From Felis catus (taxonomy: Eukaryota): a DNA stretch of 64,000 nt. Shown piece after piece: positions 47,366-61,500 of this stretch. How positions within the stretch are numbered: the stretch's first letter is position 1; every line of letters starts with the position of its first letter. A program made the position numbers and the translations under genes. Location of the stretch: positions 13,702,001 to 13,766,000 of the forward strand of contig NC_058369.1 in NCBI RefSeq assembly GCF_018350175.1. The letters are read 5' to 3'. The notes under the pieces were generated by a model. It was not told the origin of the DNA and made no database searches. It was given only the letters and a program-made list of their open reading frames with translations.

Positions 47366-49528
47366 GTAGGTTGAAAAAAAATCAGCATTCACCTGTTTAG
47401 TGTACAAAAAGGACACTAGATCTTTTAAGAAAATATTAGGAAACTGAAGACGCGGATGCCTTTCAATCGTAACATTTTGGCAAAAGTGAAAAGTTCTTGT
47501 AAACACCAACTCCATGGCTCAAAATAGTTTTTCTCCACAGTACAATATTAAAAAGGGGGTGCAAAACACAGTATCAATAAGTTAGACCATATTTAATCAG
47601 CCAGAACTTTTGTCCATCAACCCCCAAAGCACAAAACTTTTTTTTAGCTTCATAATTCCTTAAAAGGAGAAAAACAACAACAACAAAAAACAACAAAAAG
47701 CCAACAACAAAAAGGAAATTCAACTGAGAGTCCCTTGAACCGGTTCCCAGGGCAGAGGGCCGGGTCAGCCCCGCGGGCTGCAGCCTCCTTAAATAATCCC
47801 TTTTCACCCGGGTCCGCGCGTCCGTCTGAGGACAGTCTACGCGTACAACGCGGCTGTCTGCAGAACTCGGGGGGGGGGGGGGAGGGTCCCTGGAGTCTGC
47901 TCAACCCTTATCCCACTCCATCCCAAATGAAAAAAACAAAACAACCATTGAAACACGAGGGGTCAGTTCCCTCGGTGCTCGGGGCATCCCAGGGGTCCCA
48001 AGAAAGGAGCCTTGGGTGGGGCAGGCACACTGCCGGTGCCGCCGTGAGGGCGCCTGCTCTTTGGGAAACCGTTAGGAGACGTCCCCATGGCTTGGAAAAA
48101 TAGACATTTTTCTGCGTGAGCATTTCTGCTCTCCCTGCCTCACTACTGTTGGCGACAGCACCCCCCACCCACCCAGCGCATGACCCCAGGCTCCAGGTTG
48201 CAGCCTCTCCGTCTGCCTTCCCTGGTTGTGGCTTCGCTGAATGCGGCCCTGAATGTGAACACACGCCTCCGTCCCCACTGCACCCCGGCGGGGCCCTCAC
48301 ACACACGCACACACACATACATGTGGTCCCCCAACACTGGGGGACACTAGACTAGGCACAGCTACTAAGCAGCAATGATGGTGTCCATGGATCCCACGCC
48401 CCCCCGCCCAGAGTGGGCGGACGGGGCACGTTTTCTGAGCTCACTCTCAGGGGGTCCCCTGACCCCATCAACCCCCCCCCAGCCCCTCCCTGAGTGTAAA
48501 CCCTGCGGTGACTCTGCTAAGATGACCCCAAGACCCACAGGTGGACTGAGGGATGGAGTGAGGTCAACAGCATGGAGACCACACGGTCTCAGCGCGAAAA
48601 GAAAAGAAAAGAAAAGCAAAGGGGGAAATGGAGAACGCAATAAAAGAAAATCCGACACTGTTGTTGCAGTGTGAGCTCGTAGCACAGAAAACCCCCAGTG
48701 ACCCCCTACAGCTGAGGGCCTGAAATAGCAGGGCAGGCCTGGTGGGCCGAGAGCCGCTCTGCCCCTCCGGCTCTCCGCAGCTGCTCTGGGGCCAGCTGGA
48801 GTTCTCGAAATAGACCTGGGCGGGCCTCTACCCCCCTTAGAGCAGAGACCCCGTCCCGGCCTGGGCCGGGAGAGGCCCGGGGCTGTAGGGAGGGCCCGGG
48901 GCGGGAGCACAGCCAAACGTGGGCATCAGCTGCACCCCCGCCCCTGCCCACCGCCCCCTCCTTGGTTCTCTCCTCAGCCCTCAGGAGCAAGACTTTCAGA
49001 TGGCATCTGTAATACTGCAGAAAGGACACAGGGCGGCATCTAGACCCTGGTGTCCAAGGAGGGGAGGCACAGGTTTAGAAAAGATGCTTTCTCTCTCATA
49101 CAAAAATAGACTGAAGTCTCATAAGCAGTAGCTAAAAGTGGCTGTCTTTGTATAAAACTAGAAAAGGCAGGCAGGCTGGCCTCGGAGTCTTTCGGGGAGG
49201 GGGAAGCTCAAGCCCCTTGGGCTGTGGGCCGGAGAAGAGGTGGGGGCTCCTCAGGAGGTGGGGGGGGGGGGCCGGGGGAGTGGGATGAGACGCCGGCCCC
49301 CGCCCCTGGATCTGTGACCTGTGGGCACCGGGTCTGCAGGGGCTCCCCCGAAAGCCGGCGTTGCTGGCTCAGATGAATGTGTCTTCCTCGTGTTTATTTG
49401 TTTAAATAAATCTCTTTTTTTCCGCTCTGGAACTCCCCCCCCCCCCCCCGCCCCCAGCTCCCCCACCATCCAGGAGGGTTGGCCCGGCGTGGGGAGCCGG
49501 CCTGGACCACCAGCCCCGTGGCCTCGGG

Positions 49529-52500
49529 CTAGGGCCAGGCCTGCAGCTGTCGCTGGTCGTACTCGGCGATGAGCCTCTTGATGTGGGCCAGCTTGCTGTG
49601 CAGGTACTCGCAGCGGTGCTTCTCCTGGCTGTAGTTGGTGTTGGTCTGCAAGAGAGCAGCGGCAGGGCTGAGCCACATCCTGCGGCCGCCACCCCAGAGC
49701 GTGCCCTGTGTGAAGCAGGCCGGCCTGCCGGTCGCCTCGGGCTCCCACTCCCCCTACTTGCAGGCCAGTGCCCACCGAGCAATGACAGGGACCCTTGCTC
49801 CGCCTTGGGCCAGAGCCCTGGGCCGGTGTCCCCCCCGCCCCCGAGTCCCATCCTGGGAGACACGGTCACTGCCAGGATGAGGGTCAGAGGCAAGACTGTC
49901 ACAAAGTCTCCTTCCTGGGCTGGGACCTGGCTGGCAGAGAAACACCCTGGCACACGGGGGCACACACGTGGTGAACCCACAGCTCGTGGCCTTGAGGAGC
50001 AAGAACCGACAGAGCCCTGACTAGGCATTCCTGCCAGACTAGCAGCTGGGGGCGGGAAGCTTCGGCTCCTCCCTTGACCTTGGAGGGAGCCGGAAAGAGC
50101 CTGGGGGCTGCACCCACGAAGCAGTGGGAGAGCTGGAGGGTGCTGGGGTGCCCAGGGAGGGACGGGCTGAGCTTCTTAGCTGTCAATGGGGGCAGGGACT
50201 GCCCTGAGGACCCAAGACTCCAGCCTAGCCAAGGCCCATCCCCCTTCCGTCCTCTCCCGGACTCTAGTGCTGCTCACCTTAAGCCAGCTTCGTCTGACCC
50301 CCCTCCCCAAGCCCACAAAGGGTAGATACTTACCTTTTTGATTTTTCGATATTCCTGCAAAATCTGCCCGCGAGTAGTCTGGAAAACAAAAGAAAGCGAA
50401 CAATGACCCTGGCTGCAGGAAACCCCAACTGAGTGACCCCTTCTCCCTGATAACCTGTGACCTGCACAGTCACCACCTGCCTTGAGACAATAGCCTCAGC
50501 ATGGCGTGAGGGAAGCTGACCAAAGTAAAGAGAGGCAGGCGGAGGGGTGGGGAGGGGAGATGAACAAGGCAGGAGGTGGGGGGAGGATGTTGGGCCAGGG
50601 GAGAGAGGGGCCCAGCCTCAGGGACCAGCACGATGGGCAGCACAGCGGGAGGGGCCGGTCAGAACCGTGGGAGGGAGGAGGCAAAGAGCAGGCTGGGTGG
50701 CCTCCTTCCCTCACACCCAGTTGGCCTGTCCTCTGTTCAAGGCCAACCATCCGAGGGTACAGGGAGCTACTGGGGGATGTCCATGTGGGGGCTGCAGGAG
50801 GGAAGAGAGAGACCCCAGGGACTCATGTACCCCAGACCCTCAGAACCCCGATCGTGCCTCCAATTACGAGCTGGTTTCGTCTGGAAACCAAGGTGGCTCC
50901 CACGAGGGGAGACGGACCTCAACACCCGATCAATCAGATAACTAGCTCCGAAAGGTGGCATGAGGGGAGGCTGGAGTCCCAGGGCTGCTGACCAAGGGTA
51001 GAGCCCCCCCCACCCCCCACCGGTGAGCTCCAACACGGTCAGCTCGCGGAGCCTGCACGCCTTTGATCAGAGGGCGAGGGAGTCCTAAAACCGGCAGGGG
51101 GCCACAGGAACCCTCCAGCCCCTCCCCCTGTGGCTCTGAGAGCACGGATGGGCTGTGAGCCGCAGAGAGGACCCCAGGTGCTCTTGCAGGGGGGACCCAG
51201 TAATCCGACCCACCGCTCTGTGCGGGGCCCGGCTGTTTCAGTTGCTCCAGACGCCACCCCTGCCCTCACAGATCATCTCCCGCCTGTGGAGTCAGCCTCC
51301 ACCGTCCCCATTGCAGAGGAGGCCAAACTTGGCCTGACAGCCCGCGGACTTCCACGGCCGAGCCCTGGGGATGGGCCTGAATCACATCAGCAGCAAGGGG
51401 CAGCTGACTGCCAGGCGTGACAGGGAGAAACACCGGCAGACGCGGTGGCCCTCCTCACCTGGGAGGGGTAGAGGCCAGGCTCGGGGGCCATGGCTAGGGC
51501 TGGAGGCCTCGGGTTTGGCTGCACCCATGAGAAACAGGCCCGTCTCACCAGGTCGGGTGCAGAGCACGGGGGGCAAGTGTGCAGCGCCCGGGGTGGGCCG
51601 GGCCCCCAGCCCAGAGTATGTCTGTGAGTGCGGTGGACAGTGGCGGGGGAGGGGGGTGTCCACCTCGTATTCCTCGGAGCCCTGGGACAACTGTCGGAGC
51701 TGGGCGTCCAGCTGCGTGAAGCGCCGTGTGATCTGCTCAATGCGCGCGTGCAGGTCGCGGTACTCGCTGTACTCCGCGTTAAAGTCGTTCTTGTAGCTCT
51801 GGCGCTGCTCCGAGGAGGAAATGGTGGCATATTTCCTGGGGAGAGGGAGAGAGGGGCCAGCAGGGCCCAGGGGGCTGCTGCGGAGAGAGGCTGGGGTGCC
51901 CGTGGTCGCCCGCGCCCCGCCCCCCACCAGCCCCCACCTCGTGGGTGATTTCCTGGCTTGAGCGGGAGCCTGGTCCTAGAACTCCCACACAGCAACACGC
52001 AGTCGGACCCTACCTCTGCTAACTTGCGCTGCGGGGGAGAGTGTGGGGCGGGGAGAGGGGGGCCAACCAGGGAAGTACTCACAGCAAGTAGTCGGGGGTC
52101 TCTGAGGTTGACGTGGGGACGCTCGAGCTGTTGCAGGCCCCGTTTAAACCTACGAAGGAAGAGCAAATGCGTACCTTCTGAGTCCACACCGAGACCCGCA
52201 CCAAGCTCTGTTGTCCGGAGGACGTGGAAGGATAGCAGAAGGGGGGTCAGGAAGGGCGGAGGGAGTGTGAGGGCTGGGCAAGCGACACCTCGGGGGCCTC
52301 ACTGGACCCAGAAGCGCCGCAGCCGAGCCAAGTGTGCGTCCCTGCACCACAGTCGTGTAAAGTGCAGGGAGCCCTGGCGTGCCGCGTGCACGTTTCCGGC
52401 AAGCAGCAGAAAGGACACGTGAACGACAGGGCCGACGCATGGGCCACCTGTTCAGAGCTTGACCGATCCAGAGACCTTGCTACCTCTGCTGACTGCATGT

Positions 52501-55500
52501 GAAAGACCGCTACTCTGAAAACAAGCAACGCCCTTGTCCAAGGTCTCTGGCCCTGCCGGGCGAAGAAAGATGGCCACCTGGTTCCTGCCCGCATCCCAGG
52601 CCGTCCACTAGGAGGAGCTGGAGGACACGGGACTGTCCGCGGCGCTTGGGGGCAGAGTAGACCAAAACTACCATCTAGCAGATTTCCGGGGTGGGGGGGG
52701 AGGCTTCTTTCAGACAGCCTTTTTTCTCAGCACGGAAGACATCTGTCACCGTGCAGTATATCCTCGGTACCCACTGTGTGTCCCTCTGACTGGAAAGCAG
52801 CCCACCTGGGAATCCCTGGGCTGCAGGGAATGATTCCCACCATGGAGCACACCTCTCCCCTCCCTCGGGGCCGTGGCCCGATGAACACACATGTAAGTTT
52901 AGTCCGTGCTTCCACGACCCACGCTTTGCATAAGGTACGCCTTCCAGAGTGTTCTGCCATGCGTGGGCCCAGTCAGCATTGCCTCATTTAGCCTTCCTGA
53001 GATCTTCAGGTGAGAGAACAAATGGAGAAACCAAGGCTCAGGGTCAGATTCACCTACCACCTGAGACACCTCTGGGGGCCGGCCTGAGCAAAACTTAGAG
53101 GCCCTACTCCTACCGGAGCATTCTCTGTGCATCGTCCTCACTCAGCCACCCCGCCCCTTCACTAGCGGAGCTGATTCCCACCATGTGGCCCGGGCCTACA
53201 GGGAACCCCCCACAGCTGCCCCCTCCATTGTCCCTTCTACCAGCTTCTGTTTCCTGCTTGTACGGCTGCCTGCACAGGCAGAGCACATACTCTATCCCAG
53301 AAGGAGCCTCGGAGCAGGACGGGGGGCCTCTGTGCCCAACCGTTTTGTTACCATTCGAGGCACCTGCGAGACGCAGATGAAGACAGTCACCCAGCCTAAG
53401 GCACAGCTCCCGGTGCCTCAGTTGTCCTCATCCCTTCCCTCGGGCCATCTTACTCCCTGGTTTGCCCGATTCCAAACCTCACTTTCTCACTTTAATCCGG
53501 GGACAAGCTACCTAGGCCGCTGTGTCCTGGGCAGGACCTGAAGCCACCTGAGCCTCACGTGTGGGGCCCACCCCATGGTATTCCTCCTTCCCAGGGCCCT
53601 TCCAGGGGCACATGGGGTCTTGCGTTCACCGTTTGGGACAGGTCGTGCTGACCGGCTGGGCCCGCTCAGGGTTTATCTCCCCAGGCAGGACAGGCTCAAG
53701 GGACCTAGGCCTCACCTCAAGGGAGGGGCCGGCAAAGGCCTTTCTAGAGAGCAGTTGAACAACTCATTAAAAATAAGGAGAATGCAGCTCCACCCTTGAC
53801 CCAGGAATGCCTCCTGCTCGGATCCTTTCTGGACACATAATCTGAGAGCGGCAGAAAGTCACACAGCGTGAGACTGCCTGCAGGAGGCAGGTGCAGCTGC
53901 ATCTCTGTGGCCACATCATGCTGATTCTGTTAACAGCCACGTGGGGTGCTCAGCTCGGGCGCCTAGGGCCGGGAACTCAAGGTGACCCAAGCTCCGGGGG
54001 TGAAGACCCCCACTCCCACCCCAAGCCTGGCCTGTCCATACACCTTCCCAGTATCTCTGGGCCCCACCAAGGCTCTCCTGCTCTCTCTCCAGCCAGCCTT
54101 GTACCTGCTGCTGTGATCCCAGCTTTCTCGACTTCGACTTCCTCACCTGCTACATGACCTCACTCTGACTCCTACTGCCTGCTGTTCTATGGACAGCTTC
54201 CCAAACCCAGTCTCCACAGGCTGAAATATTCACTAGTCAGCAGGCTACACAAGGCCTGCGGCGGCCCACGTGCCGCCCCACTGCCTTCCCTGAACCCCAG
54301 CCCCACCCTGCTCCCCTTTCAGTGTCTGGGACCTCCCTGCAGCCAGGGCTGTCGCCTGGAACTAGCTCCTCTCCGGGGGCGTTGTTTGCCTCCATGGGCC
54401 TCAGCTCGGTCGGGTTCTGTGCACCCAGCACCAGCCTGGCACACAGCAGGACTGCAGAAGCCTCCAAGGCCAAGACCACTGGGGCACTCATGACCTCGTA
54501 CAAGAACACAGGGTGCAAAGGGGTTGAATGTGCAGGGCGTGCCAATATGGGGGCCCATGGGGTGGTACAGCCCCCTCTGAGCAATGGCGGGTGTGGGGAG
54601 CTCAGGCTCCTGGCAACAACGTCCTGCAGTCTCCCACCACAGGCCTGTCTCCTGGTACCTACCCGGGGCATCTGGTGGGGCTCCAAGGGGGCTGGGTAAG
54701 TGGTCTGGCAACCGGGCCTGGTGCCTGTCCTCAGCTGCCCTCTCCTTGTCTTTGTGCTTCTTGGACTTCTTCTTGGATTTGCTGCGCGATGAGCCGCCAT
54801 GGGGCCTGCTGGGCTGGGCACAGTCCGTCAGCAGGGGCAAACCGAGGCGCGTAGTCGGGGCCGGGGTGGCCACTTCTCCGTGATCACAGTCCCGGCCGCT
54901 GTGGCCCAGGTCATTGCTGACGTCAGCCAAGGGGTCATGGGCCCTCGGGGGCTCCAACCGCGGGGGCAGGTGGGCATCCGTGCCAGCCAGCGGGCCTGGG
55001 GTAGGCAATAGGGCCTCGCGGCCATGGGGTGCACTCAGCTTCCCATTGATGGCAGGCTGAGCTCTCTGGGTGAAATGTGATATCCTGAGTTTCTTGTTGG
55101 CCAGGGGACCGATGAAATCAGGAGGCTGTGGTCGTTTCTACAAAGGAAGGGAAACAATTTTAAAAGGGAGACTGTGTCTGGAACCACTGGTGTCCCTTGA
55201 GAAGTGGCTGGGGAGCAACAGGCTGACCCTGAGCTCAGCAGCGAGGCCCTAAGAAACCCGGTGCCCACCTGCAAGGCCCACTCTGGCCACAAGGGGGCAC
55301 ACAGAAACAGCCAGGCCCTTGCTGAGGCAGGCTCAGCCCACCCTGAGTAGCAGCAGAGAAGGCAGCATCAGCAGAACTGGCCAGCTGAAGCACTCAAAAA
55401 GGCCACCTCTGGGGACTGGTCTGAAATGTCGCTGCTTCCAGCATCTTCCCTAGATGAGGGGGATGGTGACAGAATCAAGTCTGAAGGATACAGGGCAGCC

Positions 55501-58500
55501 CCACCGGCTGGGATATCCACCCCCCTAGACCCAGGACTCCTTGGATCCCCACGGCAACCCTGTTACGTGTGCAGGCCTCATCCCCATTTCACAAGTGAGA
55601 AGGCTGAGGCGCGTGTGGCAGGGACGGACCACAGACAGCCCAGACCCAGGGAAGCAGCTAGACAGAAAGATGGTGGACAGCAGGCCCGCGATCAGGGGGA
55701 AGCAGTGCAATGGGGCCCTCAGCCCTCTATTTTGGCCCCAAAGCCAGGGCACGCAGAGACCTGACCTCGCCACAAGCAGGCTTCAGAGCCTTGGACACGG
55801 GCTGGGAGCCTCCAAGGCAAAGGAGAGAAAGGAGATAAATAAGGGACCTGGGACAAGGGACTCACGGGCCAGAGCATGCGGGTAGGGACATGTGAGTGCC
55901 CTTGCTGACTACTGATTAAATCAGCAGCGGCCACCACTCACAGGGGCCCTGTGCCCGCAGCCAGCACACTCCATTTTACAGAATGTTCGCGACAGCTTTG
56001 AGAAGCAAGCGCACCTGCCATGCCTGCTGGCTCAGGGCAACGCGGTGCCTGCTCTCCATCCACCCACAAGTACTCGAGGGAACTGCGCCAAGGGCCCGGG
56101 CCCGGGGCCCCAGACTGGGGGAAGCCAGGCAGCTGCTCACTCACTGCAGAACATACCCGGCCCTGAGCCAAGGGCCCAACAGGCTACCCGAACACTGAGG
56201 TCCGGCCTGGCCCCCTGGCTCCTACCCCGCCCTCCCCCCTCACCACTGCCACCACCACCTGCGGTCACACCCATGCCTGCCACTCCTACCTGAGGGGGCG
56301 AGGCGGAGCTTCCATGTTCCCTGGGAGGACTGGAGGCAGCAGGGTCTCCGGGGAGGCCACCTGCACTCTGTGGCTGGCACAGCTTCCTATGAAGGAGAAG
56401 TGGGGTAGCTGAAAGGCCCCGCACACCCAGGCCCACCTGCCTTTCCACGGACACCATGCTGTCCCACCCTCACCCAGTGATTTGGGGAGGGGCCAGCCGC
56501 CCTGGCGAACCAGAACGGGGTTGAGTACCCGGGAACATCAGGGCATGGTAGGCGGAGAGCAGCCTGAGCATGTCCACCCTGGGTTCATCCATAGCCCAGA
56601 GGACCACCCTGCTCAGTGTCCTGCTGCGCCCATAAGGGTCAGTGGACACCCCCTCATCTAGACACCCGTTACTGTGGAGACCAGGGACCCAAGTAAAATT
56701 GACTGGATGTTCAAGGTCTGTGTCACGTCCCTGTGGAAGCTGGTAAACTGGAGCACCGGCCCCCTCCTTTTAAAAACAATCATTCAGGGCGCCTGGGTGG
56801 CTCAGGCAGTTGAGCATCTGACTTCGGCTCTGGTCGTGATCTCACCATCTGTGAGTTCGAGCCCTGCGTTGGGCTCTATGCTGACAGCTCAGAGCCTGGA
56901 ACCTACTTCAAATTCTGTGTGTGTGTGTGTCTCTCTCTCTCAAAAACAAACATTAAAAAAAAAATCATTCGTCCTAATAATGCTGCTTACTGCAGAAACT
57001 TTAGAAAATGCAGAAGGGGACTGAGATGACCTGGCATGACAGGAAGTCCTCCCGGATTCAGGACTCACCTTCCTGGGAGCCACATTACGATACCTCCTCA
57101 AGGGCGACAGGGGCAGCCAGTGATCCACAGGAGGGGTACCTGAGCATAACAGTGCAGCCAGGGACCCAACAAGAGACACTCTGACACTCAATGGGCAAAC
57201 AGAAGGCCTACTAGTGACCCTGGCCTGAGGCCCCTCTCTAATCCGCCTCTCATATTCCCGGAGGTTACGAGTCTCACAGGAGCCCAGCCGCCAGCCCGGT
57301 GCTGTGCGTGGTGCCGCGGGCCCTCCGAGTGCCCTGCAAATGTCTGCCACGGGGACCATGTCGTCTGCACTGCTCTTGAGCACTGACAAGCAGAGCACAA
57401 CTCCTTGACCGATGGCCACATTACAGACCACTGCTGCTGTCCCCTCCACGGTGGCCCCAAATGCAAGGAGAGCCACAGGAAAAGGGCCTGCAACACGCAA
57501 GCACGCACCAGGGTAAAACAGTCCGTGTGGCCACAAGGGGTACTGCCAGTCTGCCGTCCGGGCCACAAGGAAGCAACCGGAGGCATTCACATGCACTCTT
57601 TCCAGCCTCCGTTAAAAAGGCACGAAAGAGGGGAAAGACAGCAGCATGGTCTAACGCAAAAGCAGAAGTGTTGACTATCTTATAGGAGCCAAGAAAACGG
57701 GGTCCCAGGCCACGGGACCCCACGGGCCTGGGGGTCAGAGCCTCAGAGACCGCAGAGAACGGGCTCCTGCAGGGCTGTGCGCTCTCTGCTCTGGATCCTG
57801 GCCCACTGCGGGGAAAGATCCCACAGTATGCTGAGGAGTGAAGGAGCCCAGGCCTTCTCTGGGAGGCCAGGAGGCGGCTCCAGCCACACCCGGACAACAA
57901 GATGGACAGACGTGTGGCCTCAGGAGAGGAGGAAAGGGAGGGGCCCGTGGGGCTTCAGAGAAACCTCAGCAGCCCTCCTGAGGAGGTGAAGCCGCTCAGA
58001 GGAAAGTCTTGAAGGCCTGCACCCGGGCCTCCAGGTAACAAATGTGAGAGACAAGAAAATGCATTTGAAAGGGAAGAGAGACTCTATAAGCAGATGAAAA
58101 TTCTAAATCCACAACAGAAACACCAGCCTTAGTATCCTCAGAAAGACAAAGGACTCCAAATAGACATTTCTCCAAATGAGAATAGACATTGGTCATTCTC
58201 CAAACGAGAATAGACATTTCTCCAAAGAAGATACACAAATGGCCAAGAAGCACGTGAAAAAGCGCTCAACACCGTTAGTCGTCACAAAAATGCAAATCAA
58301 AACCACAATGAGATATTACCTCATATCCATAAGAGGGCTAGAATTAAAAACAAAAAACCAAACAGAACAAAAACCAGAAAATGGGCGGGGGGGGGGGGGG
58401 AAGCAAGTACTGGTGAGGATGTGAAGAAACTGGAACCTTTCTGTGCACTGCTGGTGGGAACGTAAAACGGTGCAGCTGTTGTGTAGAAAAGTCTGGCAGT

Positions 58501-61500
58501 TTTTCGAAAACCTCAACTCCACCCCTCCTTCCTCACCTGAGAGGACTGAGACTCTATGTCCACACACATCCTCTGACACAAATGTTCACAGGAGCGCTAC
58601 CCACGATCACCAAGAGAAAGAAATGACCCGAGGGTCCAGCAGCAGATGAATGAATAGACAACTGTGGTGTATAACCACACACGAGAGAATATTACTGAGC
58701 CACAAAAAGGAACAAGGCTCTGCCACGTGTTACAATCTACAGGAACCTTAAAAAACGTTACAGAGTAAAAGAAGCCAGTCAGACAAGGCCACGCGGGGTA
58801 TGATCCCGCTTATGGGAAACGTCCAGAGAGAACAGGCAAATCCAAAGACACAGAAAGCAGATCGGTGGTTACCAGGGGCTGGGGGAGGGCGATGGGAGAA
58901 TCTGCTAATGTGGGGTTCCATCTTTGGGGACGTGTTCTGGAAGCAGCTAGAGGTAGTAGTTGTACAATGTTGTGGATATAATTAATGCCACTGAATTGTG
59001 AGAAAGAACAAAGCTGGAGGCATCAATCCCGTGTTCCAAGATACAGTACAGGGGCGCCTGGGTGGCTCAGTCGGTTGAACGTCCGACTTCGGCTCAGGTC
59101 ATGATTCCACAGCTCGCGGGTCTGAGCCCCGCGTCGGGCTCTGTGCTGACAGCTCAGAGCCTGGAGCCTGCTTCAGGTTCTGTGTCTCTCTCTCTGCCTC
59201 TCCCCNNNNNNNNNNNNNNNNNNNNNNNNNNNNNNNNNNNNNNNNNNNNNNNNNNNNNNNNNNNNNNNNNNNNNNNNNNNNNNNNNNNNNNNNNNNNNNN
59301 NNNNNNNNNNNNNNNNNNNNNNNNNNNNNNNNNNNNNNNNNNNNNNNNNNNNNNNNNNNNNNNNNNNNNNNNNNNNNNNATGGTCAATTCATCCAGGACA
59401 AAGGAGGCAAGAATATCCAACAGGGAAAAGACAGCCTCTTCAATAAATGCGGTTGGGAAAGCTGGACACCTATACGCCGAAGGATGAAACCAGACCACCT
59501 GCTTACACCAGACACAAAGATAAACTCAAGGGGCGCCTGGGTGGCTCAGTCGGTGAAGCATCCGACTTCGGCTCAGGTCATGATCTCGCACTCCATGAGT
59601 TCAAGCCCCGCATAGGGCTCTGTGCTGACCGCTCAGAGACTGGAGCCTGCTTCGGATTCTGTGTCTCCCTCTCTCTGTGCCCCTCCCCTGCTCATGCTCT
59701 CTGTCTCTCAAAAATAAATAAAGATTAAAAAAAATTAAAAAAAAAAAAAAACTCAAAATGGATTAAAGACCTAAATGTGAGACCCGAAACCATAAAACTC
59801 CTAAAAAGAAAACACAGACAGTAATCTCTTGTACACTGAGTTTAGCAACATATCTGTTGGATGCATCTCCTCAGGCAGGGGGAAGAAAAGCACAAACAAT
59901 TGGGACTTCATCAAAGTAAAAAGCTTTTGCACGGCAAGGGAACATCGACAAAACAAAACGACAACCTACTGAACAGGAAAAGATACTTGCAAATTATACA
60001 TCTGCTAGGGGATTAATACCCAAAACATATAAAGAACTCGCACAACTCAACACCCAAAAAAAAAAAAACAAAACAAAACAAAAAACCAAAAAACCAAAAA
60101 ACACCCCACAAATAATCTGACTTTAAAAAGGGCAGAAAATCTGAACAGATATTTTCCCACAGACCTACAGATGGCCAACAGCTACAGGAAAAGATATTCA
60201 ACATCACTAGTCATCAGGGAAATGCAAATCAAAACCATGAGATATCACTTCACACCTGTCGGAACGGCTAGTATCGAAAAGACAAGAAACGAGTGCTGGT
60301 GAGGATGGGGAGAAAAGGGAACCCTCCTGCACTGTTGGGAGTAATGCCAACTGGTACAGCCACTGTGGAAAACAGTATGGAGGTCCCCCCCCCCCAAATT
60401 TAAAAATAGAACTACCAGGCAATTAGCAATAGCACTACTGGGTACTTATACAAAGGAAACAAACAAACGAATCAAAAATATACAAGCTCCCCTAAGTTGA
60501 CTGAAGCATTATTTACAATAGCCAAGATATGAAAGCAACCTAAGTGGCCGCGAATAGACGAACAGATAAAAAAGATGTGGAATATAAAAACAACGGAATA
60601 TTACTCAGCCATAAAAAAGGATGGGGCCTCACTGTCTGCAACAATGTGGATGGACCGAGAAGGTATTATGCTAAGTGAAATAAGTTAGACAAATACCATA
60701 TTATTTCACTTATGTGTGGAATCTAAAACATAAGATGAAATAAATAAATAAATTAAATGAACACACAAATAAAAAGAGAAACAGACTCATAAATGCAGAG
60801 AACAAACTGGTGGTTGCCAGAGGGGAGGGGCATGGAGGGGGGGGAGAAAGAGGCGAAGGGGATTAAGAGATACAAACTTCCAGTTATAAAATAATTAAGT
60901 CACCGGAACAGGCACAAAAAGTACGGCATGGGGAATACAGTCAGTAACACTGTAACAGTCTCACAGGGTTACAGATGGTGACCACACTGCACTTACTGGT
61001 GAGCACTGAAAAATGTACAGAACTGTCATAGCATTATGCTGTAGACTTGAATCTAATGTAACACCGTATGTCAGCCATATTTCAACAATGAAAAATTTTA
61101 AAATAAAAACATCACTCCCACGGAATGAGAATGTGATGCTACAAAAAACCAGACCAAAGACCAGTGGGAGCTAGAAACAATTGGCAAAAGGGATGGGATG
61201 GGAGAAGCGGAAAAGAGAGAGCGACGTGCAATGGGGAAGATGCGGAAGTGGACAGTTTATGGAGCACAACCCTCCCCCCGTACCTCTGACACCCCCACTC
61301 CCCTCCCCCCCTCTGCCCCCTGCCTCATATAAAGGGAGGTTGCCGGAGAGGAGCACACACAGGGTGGGAAGAAGGATGAAGGGAGTCTTCAGGCTGTGAG
61401 AGCAGAGACACTCGCCCCAGAGCACCTGCCAGGCCACGCCGTGATCACGCAGACGTGTAAATGGCTGGGTGGGAACCTCCAACCCTTGTGGGCCAGGCCT

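Larger units (their letters stand above)
59003..61110 (+). mobile_element. 5'-truncated L1 (ORF2 3' end plus 3' UTR; carnivore/L1MA9-like), interrupted by two SINEs and a gap
   Basis: AAGAACAAAGCTGGAGGCATC, AAAATGGATTAAAGACCTAAATGTGAGACC and A-rich 3' end; ORF disrupted. Confidence 0.9.

Noticed and set aside
54319-54662. ELL exon 8 frame stays open 114 codons into intron 8 (similar read-through at 51387-51663)
   Set aside because: A good donor is present and the spliced frame matches ELL; no evidence for an extended isoform
56940-57596. 218-aa minus-strand ORF in ELL intron 6, sense to ELL
   Set aside because: GTG start, ends inside a SINE tail, no recognisable family; chance ORF in GC-rich DNA is sufficient
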